A DNA stretch of 64,000 bases from Takakia lepidozioides (Eukaryota; Plantae; Bryophyta). Shown here in pieces: positions 52,649 through 64,000 of the stretch. Positions within the stretch are counted from its first letter, which is position 1. Every line of letters starts with the position of its first letter. Below the pieces are notes generated by a model. The model saw only the letters and a program-made list of their open reading frames with translations, had not been told where the DNA came from and ran no database searches. The stretch covers positions 43,276,001-43,340,000 of the forward strand of contig CM060733.1 in assembly GCA_030704615.1 (NCBI GenBank), read 5' to 3'. A program made the position numbers and the translations under genes.

Positions 52649-53445
52649 ATGCTTATGAGTTCTATAAGCAGGACACTTAATTTGTTAGGCACTTATGTGA
52701 AATCCCATGTTCCATCTACCCAATTGATAGCTTTGAGAAAGGAACTCAGGAAGGAGTTTGAGGCTCGACTTGCCACTGAGTGTGCAAACAAAGTCAATGA
52801 GGAGGTCACTCTCAAGATACAGCAAGAGTTAGAAAGTACAAAAGCTGCTTTGCAATTGGCCAAGGAACATTTGATTGAAGAAGGCCTCGCGCAAGACCAG
52901 TTGCACGAAGCACATAAGCAACAGCTATACCAAATGCAGGTGAAACATGAGAGCAAGTTGCAAGAAGTGAATACTGCAGACAGTACAATTGAGGATGGCC
53001 ATACAATGTGCTACACTCACAACTACGCTTGAGCAAACTACATTAGAAATTAACAACCAAGCGAAAAGATGTGTGAAGGTACAGGCCGATAATCTCGAGC
53101 AGACGAAACTCATTATTGATATGAAGAATACAATCTGTCACAACGAGAATACTTTCAAGCAATACAGGCAGGTTGAAGCTGACCAAGAGAGGTACATCCT
53201 GGAATTGCAACAAACGGTCATGGCCAATAGAAATGAACTCTCTGTCGCTAACAAGGCTTGGAAAGAAGCCAATAATCTGGCTGTTGCCTATGTGAGTTTG
53301 GTTGAACCTCATGCGAAGCGCATGGAGGCTTTACAGCAGCAGATAGATGTGTACAAGCTCACAGAGGAGCAGACTCTCAGGGGTGCCACAAACAACTTGG
53401 TGGATAACCACCTTATGCAGCTCTGGTTAACACAAGGGCCGGTGG
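52649..53445 (+). pseudogene. Coiled-coil-like antisense ORF in the G2 leader, frameshifted and truncated by a MULE fragment
   Basis: Overlapping E/Q/K/L-rich ORFs 52649-53032 and 52989-53561 with heptad-like character. Confidence 0.45.
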
Positions 53446-54056
53446 GAGGTTTGCTATTTCATGAGCATGAGCGGCATGAGCGGCATGAGCGGCATGAGCG
53501 GCATGAGCAGAGTAGTAAGACAATCGGTTTTCATGAGCAGAAGTACAAATTTCGAAAATAAAAAACAATAAAAAACAATAATTTAATGCAATGTGTCAGG
53601 AAAAACAAATATATTATTCGGCCCCTTGAAGGGAAAATTGCAGTTTTGACAGTTGTGCTCATGATATTTCGTCTTCCGCTCATGCCAATTCCCAGCGACA
53701 TGTGCAAATATGGCGCCGAATTTCGCGGTAATAGGGTCCGTAACCTGAAAAAACGGCGACGTATTTCGCGTAATAGGTCTCTCTGGCGAAAAATGGTGCC
53801 GAATTCCGCGGCTATAGGTCCCCTCATGACAGGTAATTCGGCGCCATTTTTCCAGTGCATGTTCGGACTTAGTCAGTTTTCGGCGCCCGTACACCCTTCG
53901 GATGGCAGCCCAATTTGCTTGTGCGTTGTCCGCCATGAAACCACGGAAATTGGGAGGGGGCAATCCCGCCTTGGCCATCTGTTTGTTTATTCCCTGCCAA
54001 AGAAGCATCTCCGATTGTGTGTCCTCTCCTTTCATCTCACAAATAGCAATTGTCAT
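53446..54056 (-). mobile_element. One-ended deleted copy of the same MULE family (TIR + repeat tract + transposase core fragment)
   Basis: GAGGTTTGCTATTTCATGAGC(ATGAGCGGC)n TIR, and MTIAICEMKGEDTQS...NFRGFMADNAQANWAAIRRVYG (54056-53885) closely matches the module 1 transposase. Confidence 0.85.
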
Positions 54057-54269
54057 TAGACAAGAATACCTTTCAAGGGTCTCTCAAATAACTCTCCAGG
54101 AGCCCTCAAGAATATGTTTATCAAACAATCTTACTAAGGCTCCCAATCCTTGCACAATGGGACTCCAAAACAGTACACCAAGGCCCCAAGAGCCTGCCAA
54201 AACTTAGCCCTCGAGGACCCCAAATAGTCCCTCACACAAGTCGCCAAAGACTCCTCAAGCTCGCCAAAT

Positions 54270-54450
54270 ATTGGCCTCCAAGGACCCCAAACAGTCCTCC
54301 AAAGAACTCCAAATGGTCCTCTAAATGGTCCTCCAAGGACCCCAAACAGTCTTCCAAGGACTCCCAATGGTCTTCCAAATAGTCCTCGAAGGACTCCCAA
54401 TGGTCCTCCAAATGGTCCTCCAAGGACCCCAAACAGTCCTCCAAGGACTC
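54270..54450. repeat. GTCCTCCAAGGAC(C/T)CC-based tandem repeat in the G2 leader
   Basis: Seen directly. Confidence 0.75.
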
Positions 54451-56301
54451 TTCCTATATCACCATGTTCCCAATGCGTTCCCAATGTGTTCCCAAGTTCC
54501 GAATAGGTTCCCAAAGTTCTATGGGAATATTCCCAAGAATATGCCATAGTATTCCCCCAATATTCCCTTGGGCCTATACGTATTCCCCTTAGGAATAGCC
54601 ATTTCCCCCTCATAGAGTAGTTCATTTTCCCCCAGGGTTTAGTCATTTCCCCCTAGGCTTTAGCCACTTCCCCCTCTATTTCCTTGAGGTTTAGCCTTAC
54701 CAAGCTAGGGTTTGTGCTCCTTGGGGCTCTATGCTTAATCCCCTCAAGCATCCATGCATTCTATGGGGTAACCAAGGCAAATTCCCTTGATCTTCTTTAC
54801 CTTAAGCTACTCAAGTTTGTCTCCAACTCAACTAGCCATGCATTGGCCACACAACAAGCTCAATTTCTCATTGGAACTCCAAATCAAGCTTGTACCTCCT
54901 TTGGCAAGCCACAAGCCTCCTCTCAAGCCTTGTTCATTCAAGTCCCATTCACTTGCTAGCTCAAGAGCCACTCTTCTCAAGCTTGAAATTGCAAAGCTCA
55001 AGCCAAAAGCATGCTCCACACATGCATCACCTCATACACAAGGGAATCAACTTGCTCCCTTTACCTTCTAGCTCTCCTCAAGCTTGAAATTGGAAGCCAC
55101 ACTTGGGAAGCATGCTCCACATAAGCATCACTTGCTTGATCAACCATCCACCACAAAACTTAAGCCAAAAGGGAATGAATACATGACCTTCACATTTCCC
55201 TTCCTTGTCTTGTCACATGCTAGTCTATTTTTGAAGTTGTTATGCATGCCTTGAGCCACAATTTCTTTTCTTCATGAAGACCACCTCCAATGATCTCCCA
55301 CATGTGCTCCAAGCTCTTCAATGCTCTAGGCTTGGTTTCACATCATCATGGATAAAATTTTCACCCATATGCTTCCCTTCAAACCTCTTGAGCTTCCTAA
55401 TGCTCTCCAAGTGCTTGCCCTTGTTGTCTTCAAGCCCAAGCCTATGTAACTCATTGGCTTCTCTTCCACAACATCCACACTTGAGCTTGCTTAACCCTAG
55501 ATTGATAGTGAAATGAGTACTCACAATCATTTAGTTGCTCTCCACACGCCATGGCATACACCATTGACTCCATAATGCATAGAAACGATTCTCAATTCCT
55601 GGAATCCATGCTTCCACACACACAAAACTTCCCTCTTGTAATCCTTGCAAATCTTGTGGCAAACAAGCTCCTTCTTGAGCTCCCCAACACCTTGGTGTAA
55701 CACCACAAGTACCTTTCCTTGCAAGCCTTGTGATCTACAAGAGCTCCATCTTTGAGCTCTCCACCTCCTTAGGGCAAAGCAATATCTCTCAAAGCCCTAA
55801 CACCACAATGATTTTCCTTTGCAATATATGCAACACCTTGCAACACAAGAGCTATCTTCCCAAGCTCTTCAATACACAAGTGCTAAACTAACCCTTACAC
55901 TCTGCACTCACAAGCATAAGGTCATCTTCTTGTAGTGATAATGAAAGTGAACACAAGGGAAACACTCCACTCATGAATCCACTCAATCACATAAACTAAG
56001 TTAAGCCAAGGGCACATTTGTTAAAGGAATCCACCCTACAAAGCCCTCACCACACTCCCACTCAATACCTAGAGCTATGGAGGTGGGAGAGGCTCATGGA
56101 GGCTCAACTACAAAAAGATGAGCCCTCCTCAACGCTCACAAGGGGAAAACCCATCCCCATGTCCCAAGTGAGGTTTGACACCTCACTTGGCATGTGAGAC
56201 CAAATGAAGTCCCAACACACAAAATACAAATATGAATATCCAAAATATCCTAGTTAACTAGAAGTAGGTAATTCTAGTTAACCATGACTAAAACCATGAC
56301 A

Positions 56302-57321
56302 ATCTGGTTGGCTACCAAAGCCCTTCCAGTGATGGAGAGGTGGCACGAACCCCAGTAGGTTAAATGACATTTGAGTTTTTTAACTGTAGGACCTATGCGT
56401 TGTTCTTCAGTGAGGTTGATACCAAATGTGTGGCCTAGCAGCTTTGCCAGAGTAGGCCCAAGTGATCTCTCCAAGTGGGGGCAGTTCCGATTGTGGACTT
56501 GGAGGGGTCCCTAGAAGTAGAGCCTTGGTTTTGGACCAATTGACTTTAAATCCAAAAACGCTGCAAAATCGAGATAGGGTATTTTCTGCTGCTACAAGGG
56601 AGGAGTGATCTGCTTGTAGCAAGAGAAAGGTGTCGTCGACGAACATGGAGTCATTTACGTGTCTTGCAAAGTTGGTTTTCGGGTTTACTATATTGAGGCA
56701 TTTCACCAGAGGGTTGTCATCTAACATGTAGCCTAGAGCATCTGCCACAAAGAGGAACATGAAGGGAGCCAGCGGGCAGCCTTACCTTACTGACCTTTGA
56801 AGTGGAAAAGGCTCGGTGAGGTGACCGTTGACTATGACTCTGCTACTGCCCCCCTGTAATAGGATCTGAACCCATTGACAAAAGAATGGATCAAGAAGGC
56901 CTGTTTTTTTTAGGACTGCCATCAAGAAAGACCAATCTACTGTGTCAAAGGCCTTTTCAAAGTCTAAGAGCCAAAGGGCCAAAGCTTGACCCGTGTTGAT
57001 AGCATAGATGCTAGCCTCCTGAGCCAGTAGAACATTATCTAGGATGTACCTACCTTTGATGTAGCCGGCTTGGCCCGGCCTTATCATGGAAGGGAGGAGA
57101 GGCTGGATACGAAGAGCCAGGCTTTAGCAATGATTTTGTAAGCCACATTGAGTGGGCCAGTAGTTGCCTAGACTTGCCCTATCTCTTTTCTTGTAAAGTA
57201 ACGTGATTACTCCCTGGTTCATGGATTCGGGCATGAATCCTTGGGCCTTGATGACGTTTGTCATATCACGAAAATCTTTGGAGATGGTAGTCCAAAGGGT
57301 CTTGTAGAATTCTATCGGCAC
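56302..57321 (-). mobile_element. L1-type LINE RT core (5' part of the element split by G2)
   Basis: PIEFYK, GVITLLYKK, QAGYIKGRYILDNVLLAQE, LLDFEKAFDTVDW, RSVR.GCPLAP, SMFVDD, GFKVNWSKT. Confidence 0.9.
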
Positions 57322-57512
57322 TCGGTTATCAGCGTCACGTCCGTCCGTCAGCGTCAGGTCACATCAGACCTGACGCTGACGGGACCTCCGTCACGTCAGG
57401 TTCGGGGAATATTCTGGTAAAAATAGTACCAGGTAAAATACTGCCACTTAAGCAGCCACGACGCCAACACGGTGGTGGTGACAAATACATTTTGAAAATT
57501 AACAAAATGAAC

Positions 57513-58455
57513 GCGACCGCCAATTATGGCGGTCACTTTGTTTTTCAAAATTAAAAAAGAAATAGCGACCGCCGTATTGGCGGTCGCTTCAATTTTTATT
57601 TTTTTTAAAGCAAGATTGGCGGTCGCACTGGCGGTCGCTTTATTTTTCGAAATAGAAAAAGAAATAGCGACCGCCATATTGACGTTCGCTACAATTTTTT
57701 TTTTTTTAAAGCAAGATTGGCGGTCGCACTGGCGGTCGTTTTATTTTTCGAATTAAAAAAACAAATAGCGACCGCTATGCTGGCAGTCGCTTCAATTTAT
57801 TCTTAAAAAAAACAAGATTGGCGGTCGCCTAATTTTAAAAAAAAAACTAGCGACTGCCGTATTGGCGGTCGCACAATTTTGTAAATATGTACAGAACAAG
57901 CGACCGCCATATTGCAGTCGGATAATTTCAAAAATATAAAAAGAAACAGCGACCGCCACTGGGCAGTCGCTTAATTTTAAAAATATATAGAAAAACAAAC
58001 GACCGCCATATGGCGGTCGGTAAATTTAAAATTATATATTAAAAAAAATGACCGCCACACTGGTGGTCGCTTGTTTTAAAACAATACAATATTTGCGACC
58101 ACCAAACCGGCGGTCGCGTCAATTTTAAAATATATATTAAGTTTAAGCGACCGCCAGTCTGGAGGTCGCTTAAACTTGAAAATATAAAGATTAAAAGCGA
58201 CCGCCTTACTGGCGGTCGCTTTTTTTTTTAAATATTAAAAATAAAAGCGACCACCATATTGGCGGCCGCTTTATTTTAAATATATTAACAAATGAAGCGA
58301 CCGCCATACGGGCGGTCGCTTAAATTTAAAAATATATAAAATATAAGTGACCGCAATATTACACAAAATGAAAGGAAATAAAATCGACCACAGTAGTGGC
58401 GGTCGTTTGTTTTTCATAAAAAATAAAAATAGCGACCGTAGTATTAGCGGTCGCT
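57513..58455. repeat. Array of GCGACCGCCA-N3/4-TGGCGGTCGC inverted repeats in AT-rich spacers (about 60-bp period); also at 59868-60030 and 62752-63325
   Basis: Seen directly; resembles hAT subterminal transposase-binding arrays. Confidence 0.88.
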
Positions 58456-58841
58456 TAATTTCAAAATTACAACAAATATGGTTGTATAGTCTTTTTCGGG
58501 TGGACGCTATTGGTTCGTCATTTGTTCATTTCACTTTCATTCTTCTTAGATCATATATAAGGGAGGAGGGTTACCAAGCTCCTCACTTCTTTTGGCGCAA
58601 ACACTTGAGGTTGCTTTGGATGGTCTCTTCCATTGAACGAAAGTGTAGCCCAAGAAGATGGTGCGCACCTTTTGCCGTTGTGGCTTCCACCAAAGCCACT
58701 TCAGCAGATTGTGTATAAGCTAACACTACAACCCACATCGACCCACTTGGGTTGCTGACAGATGTAGAAGTGTTGGGCTATCGCATTGCACTCTACATTC
58801 ACAACACGTTCATTTATAGGTGACTGTTTTTTGTTGCTTAC

Positions 58842-59866
58842 ATGGCTAGGTCCCAGGGGAGTGGATATTGGGTGAAGATAAGGGAGGAATTGAGCCCTTG
58901 GTATACGGCAATCCCGAACACTGTCAGTGCCACTGGTAGTGTTGAGTGCAACCTATGTGGATTAAAGCTTTCTTATCGTAAGGATCGGTTGTTCGCTCAC
59001 CTCGGTTATAAAGGTGTGAAGAGCGCTGGGGTGGGTTTATGCCCTAAAGCATCTATGCGGGTAAAAAGCCACTTTGCCCAGTATGGAGGCAATATTCCAA
59101 TGTCTTTGGATCTGGACATGACCTCTGAGCAGAACACTCCATCTTCCCGTCAGGATGCCCCAATTAGTACCCATGGTGACTCTTGTGAGGCTTCGGGTGT
59201 CCTTGGACAAGTGGGTTGTGCCGGAGCAACATCTGCTTCAACATCTCTTTGTACCCCTACACTTCAACGGAGTAGAGGATTACTGCAGCAATCCATGCAG
59301 GAAGATCTTAACTAGTTTGCGAAAAGACAGTTGGATTAAAAATGGGCATAGTTTTTCTTCGAGACCAACATACCATTTAATGTGGCAATGCTTCCGGCAT
59401 TTGTTTCTGCCGTTAGAGCAACCTCAGAGTCTAGATCCACGTATGTGCCTCCGACTTATCACAATCTCCGCACATGATTGCTAGAAGACGCCATGACCGA
59501 GCTTACCCAAAAGGTCAACAGTAGGACGGGCGAGTGCATCAGAAAATATGGAAGCACTATATGTGCCGATGGTTGGAGTTCTGTTACAAACAGATCGTTG
59601 TTCAATGTCATGCTCGTATGTCCAGCTGGGGAACAATTCTTGGGATTGGTCGACACTAGCGGCGAGAAGAAAGATGGACGTTATCAATGCCAATTATCGA
59701 CGGACTTCATCGAACAGGTCGGAAGTGATAGAATCGTGCAAATATGCACAGACAATGCCGCTAACATGAGAAACACTACAGACATGTTGTTGGCGCGTTA
59801 TCCCCATATGTACTATCAAGGTTGTGCTGCTCATATCCTTGACCTCCTTTTGGAAGATTGGGGAAA
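58842..59866 (+). pseudogene. hAT transposase, N-terminal half (BED finger, DUF659-type core)
   Basis: VECNLC...LFAHL...CPK, TICADGWS, IVQICTDNAANM, YQGCAAHILDLLLEDWGK; in-frame stops. Confidence 0.88.
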
Positions 59867-60717
59867 AGCGACCGCCATTGCAATTACAAAAAACAACAAT
59901 AGTGGTGACTGCCCCTAATGGCGGTCGCTCCATTTTCCTCCAAAAAACAAAAAAACGACCGCCAGTAACGGCGGTCGCTTCATTTCCAAAATAATTAAAA
60001 TAAAAATGACCGCCAGTAATGGCGGTCGCTCCATTTAAATAAAAATGAATGCACAGTTGGAAGCATGACACAATTGTTCTCCATTCCACAAGCAAATCAC
60101 CGAACACAAACATGAGCAAGTGACGGTACCTTTGGCCGACATTTTGGCTGGTATACACATTGACAACATTTTTATTTATTTTTCCAACACATACAAACAA
60201 CAATACAAATATTCACAGTGACAATGATCACATTGATATTACTTCACTACAGAAATATAAACATGTCCACTAAAATGTGTTGATGCATGCCTACAGTTGT
60301 TTTGCTTCAATTCCTTCTACTGCTTTGACGGCGGGACGAAGAAGATCATAATCATAATGCTTCGATAGGTTGAAAATCCGGGTCACTCTCGACTTCACCA
60401 CCGTTGCCATGATCATTGCTGGAATCGTCCTCCCTATCCGACCTCATATGTCCAGGCCTTTGAATCTGCAAGCGACCTCGAACCACATTTAGTTCTCTCT
60501 GAGGTCGACTCCCACTTCGATCTTGAATACCATCCACGGTATCTGGCCTGTTTGTGGGCCGATCGCCTACAAAAGGTTGGACTGTTCTCTGTCGTTTATG
60601 GACTTGGGACGCAATCGAAGGTGGTCTCGAAGGAGGTACCGGAAGGGGGTCTGCCCGAGATGGACCGACATTAGATGGTCCGGCATGTGAGGAACCACGG
60701 GTCTGCTGCGTAACCCG

Positions 60718-62745
60718 TCAGTTAAGGTGGAATTGTAGTGACAGGTTGTCATCATCCGAGGCTTCAACTTCCGCCCGGTCCAATGCAGCAGAATGATGCG
60801 TGCGTGTGGAAAACAGATCAACCCCGTTGCTCCTTAATGCCCGCTGTGTTGATGGGGAGCTGAATCGGTTTTCGCATTGTGGTGGAGCTGGTCGTATCGG
60901 TGAGGCATGATCCCGTCCCGTCGATTGTACAATGGGTTCGACACCATCGTTTGTATGAATAGGGTTGCGTACGTCGATCGGTCCTGGAAGTACATCATCC
61001 CTAAGCTCCATTATGGCACTACCGGTGGCTTCACCGTGTAGTGGGGGGCGAGAGTCGACCCCAACTTCATTTTGAAGACCATGTTTTGGGGATGACACAA
61101 TTGCAGCTTCACCTTCATTTGCGATACGCATTTTTTCAAGAAGATCATCAAAGATCGGCCGGATATAAGCATCCTCCTCTATGAATGTAAACGGGTCATA
61201 CGCATTTTCGGGAGCATCATCGGATCCATCTTTACTATCGGAGGCAGACGATTCCCTCTGAGATGATTCTCTCTGAGGCTTAGTATCGTTACTCATCGAA
61301 TCAACCTCAGAAGCAGAGTCTTCGGAATGCAAATTCCTCTCATACCATGCTGCAGTATTATCCGCTGCCCTCTCACGTAGCAGTCGGCAATTGATATACA
61401 CATACACCAATTTGTCAGCCCTCGCGGGATTCAACCTGTTGCGAATCTTGTTGTGAACAAATGAGTAACTGCTCCAATTGTGTTTGCAAGATGAGACAGA
61501 ACACACTTGAGCAAGAATACGCTTCGCAATGGGAGCCAATGTTCTTGCTCCAGCTCCAATCAGATCCCACCATTCATGTGGCAACATATTGAGCTCTTTT
61601 GGATCCGGCTTGTCCTCAAAAGGGTCGAGGCGATCTGAGAAGCATTGGTACTCGGATATAGGTCTCTCTGCATGGTTGGGCGGAGCCAGTCGCATGAGCA
61701 CTCGCACGAGGCCGGCCTTGGCATCAGCGTCATCTCGGAGCATGGTATTGTCGAGCAAGAATGGATTGAGCAAAGCCCCCGCATAATGCAAGTCCGTTTG
61801 AACCATCGAGCGACGGTCGTAAAATGCATCCTTAGCACTGTCCGCAAGTTCAGGTTCTAAGGAGAAGGGAGGATGCCTCAAGGATTGGACGTGCTTATCA
61901 AGATTTTGCATTAGTAACCATGCCTTAACTATTACTGGTTGTTTTTCATCAAACTCCCGCAAGACGATTAACACCGGCTCTACCATATAAATAAAATTTT
62001 CACATTTCTTCCAAAAATCATCGCTGCGAATGTTATTTTGAACTTTTCGACTTTTGGCTTTTCTGGAGTCCCGCAATGTCCGTGTGTATGCATCTCATTG
62101 AGGATCGATGATGGTGTGCTCCAGACTGCTCTTCACCGTCACCAACCGATCCACCATCAAGAAGTTAGTGGCAAAACATGTTTCACTTGTGTCGTGCGCA
62201 TACGTATCGCTACACAACTACATCGCTGTCCAAACCACACCACACATATATGCACAATAAAGTAGTCTGCCACAATGATAAGTAAAGCTAAAAAAGACAC
62301 ACACTCTCAACACAAGAAATATGAAATCCATCGCTATCACTCTTTAAAATAGAAGTCGAGCCAGGGGCACCCCACGCTATAGGGACTCCACCCCACAACA
62401 ACCTACACTCCCATCATAAGCACACTCAGATTTAAACGCATGAAGGAGCTCGGTCGCGTAGGCTCAACTCGAGAGAGATAAGCTGCGCGACTGCCGCTCT
62501 CGTGAAGATAAGACGGTTCAGGTGTCAAACTAAACTTGACACCTAACTTAACACTTGACCTAAATCCAAGTGTTAAGTACAAATAACTAGCTTTATTCTA
62601 GTCGTTTTCACACTGTGCTTATTTAACTTGACACTTGGATTGCGAAGGCCGTATTTGGGTTTGTGCCTCTTATATATTGCCAAAGGGATGTGGTGTGTGC
62701 GGATGAATGACACAACAGTCTTCGCTCGCTTGACAAGTTGTTTTG
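60718..62745 (-). pseudogene. hAT transposase, C-terminal half (dimerisation domain), inverted relative to the N-half and interrupted by a solo repeat
   Basis: KQLVKRAKTVVSFI, ETCFATNFLM, DFWKKC, LHYAGALLNP, EWWDLIG...AKRILAQVCSVSSCKHNWS...RNRL...KLVYV. Confidence 0.88.
62190..62633 (-). mobile_element. G1-family solo terminal repeat (A+B, 444 bp)
   Basis: Aligns with 24281-24717; perfect 4-bp TSD CTTG (62186-62189, 62634-62637). Confidence 0.93.
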
Positions 62746-64000
62746 GAAATGGAGCGACCGCCAAAGTGGCGGTCACTTCTACGAAGTGTGCCCTACGCAT
62801 GGAGCGAAGAGTGAGGCAGGGGGAGGGGGGCATATAAGCTCCGACTCATTCTCCCCTCACTTCCATTATAGGCGGTCGCTTGAAGTTTTATTTTGTTTTT
62901 ATAAATGCAGCGACCACCATTACTGGCGGTCGTTTTTTTCTTTTTTTTAGCGAAATGGAGCGACCGCCAAGGTGGCGGTCGCTTCTACGAGGTCTGCCCT
63001 GCGCATGGAGCGAGGAATGAGGCGGTGGGGGGGGGGGGGCATATAAGCTCCTCCCCTCACTTCCATTATTGGCAGTTTTTGTTTTTACAAAATGCAGCGA
63101 CCGCCATTACTGGGGGTCGCTTTTATTTTTTTATTTTTGGAAATGGGGCGACTGCCATTACTGGCGGTCGTTTTTTTTTTTAATGGAGCGACCGCGAAGC
63201 TTTTATTTAAATTTTTGGAAATGGAGCGACCGCCATTTGTGGCGGTCGCTTTTATTTTAAGTACAGGCGGTCGCTTCTCTATATTTTGGAGGAAAATCGA
63301 GCGACCGCCATTACGGGCGGTCGCCGCAATTGTTTTGTTTTTTGTAAATCAGCTTCATTATTCATTTTAGGAACTATTTTGACACCTACTCAAACTAGTT
63401 AGAGTGAAGGGTTTAGAGTTACGTCTTATTAGTAAACCTCGTTTAGTGTTGCTCCGATTGTTGCAGAATGGCAGAGGGCCAGGACGATGACCGTCATGGA
63501 AATGACCCCAATGAACATGGACCGCCCCCTAAGAAAATCAAAGGGTCAAGGCAAGACTTGAATTGAGAAGTATGTGGTAACTTTAGCATACTAGCAGAAG
63601 AGGGCTGGAAGAGTTCAGGTGGCCGATGGCGAGATGCAAAAAATTCGTGAAATGGTACCACATCAATCGATTGTGGCCTTTGGATAGGCATGACGTGCAA
63701 ACCTGAAACAATTACGCAGAGTCCAGGTCTTGCACGAACTTGCATTTCTAGCATAGGGCGAATGAGGTGCATTGCACATTGTGGGGTCAACCTCTCTTAA
63801 AGGGTCAAATCCCGTACACCTTGGCAACCATATTGTACGTGGAGGTCATACTCTTGCGTCCAGTGAATTGACAAATTGCTAGTAGGAGGAACGCAAGGTT
63901 GCTATACGATTTGGAGTACATCCCAGACACGTTTGGAATACAACTGGCTGTAACGTTAGAGGAACAACTGGCGGAAAAAGACCAGCGAATCAGGACCCTG

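Larger units (their letters stand above)
57322..64000. mobile_element. Rearranged hAT element; right boundary not visible in the window
   Basis: It interrupts the LINE at about 57321 and carries AGCGACCGCCA-N3/4-TGGCGGTCGCT arrays and hAT transposase halves. TIR and TSD could not be verified. Confidence 0.7.

Noticed and set aside
54134-54646. Gly/Leu-rich ORF
   Set aside because: It is a product of the tandem repeat at 54270-54450.
63468-64000. Possible second gene of the hAT element starting MAEGQDDD
   Set aside because: Multiple stops, truncated by the window edge, and no recognisable motif.

Overview
Land-plant nuclear DNA; the species cannot be determined from the sequence. One intact 7-exon host gene (alpha/beta hydrolase, 457-4326, minus strand) has a hAT MITE just upstream. 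About 58 kb of nested transposons follows, and the nesting order can be read from target-site duplications. An L1-type LINE was split by Gypsy-like retroelement G2 (7356-56301). The terminal repeat of G2 was then split by a 37.9-kb Mutator-like DNA element (7414-45294, 9-bp TSD), and one of that element's transposase genes was split by a related retroelement G1 (24281-35842, 4-bp TSD). A rearranged hAT element carrying a G1-family solo repeat occupies the right end. Two systems stand out. (1) The Mutator-like element contains two diverged modules, each with a GCM/MULE/SWIM transposase, a divergently transcribed intron-containing gene fusing a ParB/Srx-like domain to a beta-class N4C/N6A DNA-methyltransferase-like domain, and its own array of 22-24-bp palindromes (parS-like by inference). 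(2) G1 and G2 encode a DNMT3-like C5 methyltransferase inside pol and a PHD finger after integrase, show a self-complementary primer site instead of a tRNA PBS, and have split terminal repeats equal to a 2-LTR circle opened at an internal palindrome. Most TE ORFs carry frameshifts or stops, which may be decay or uncorrected indels in repeats. All domain calls are by motif recognition, without database searches.
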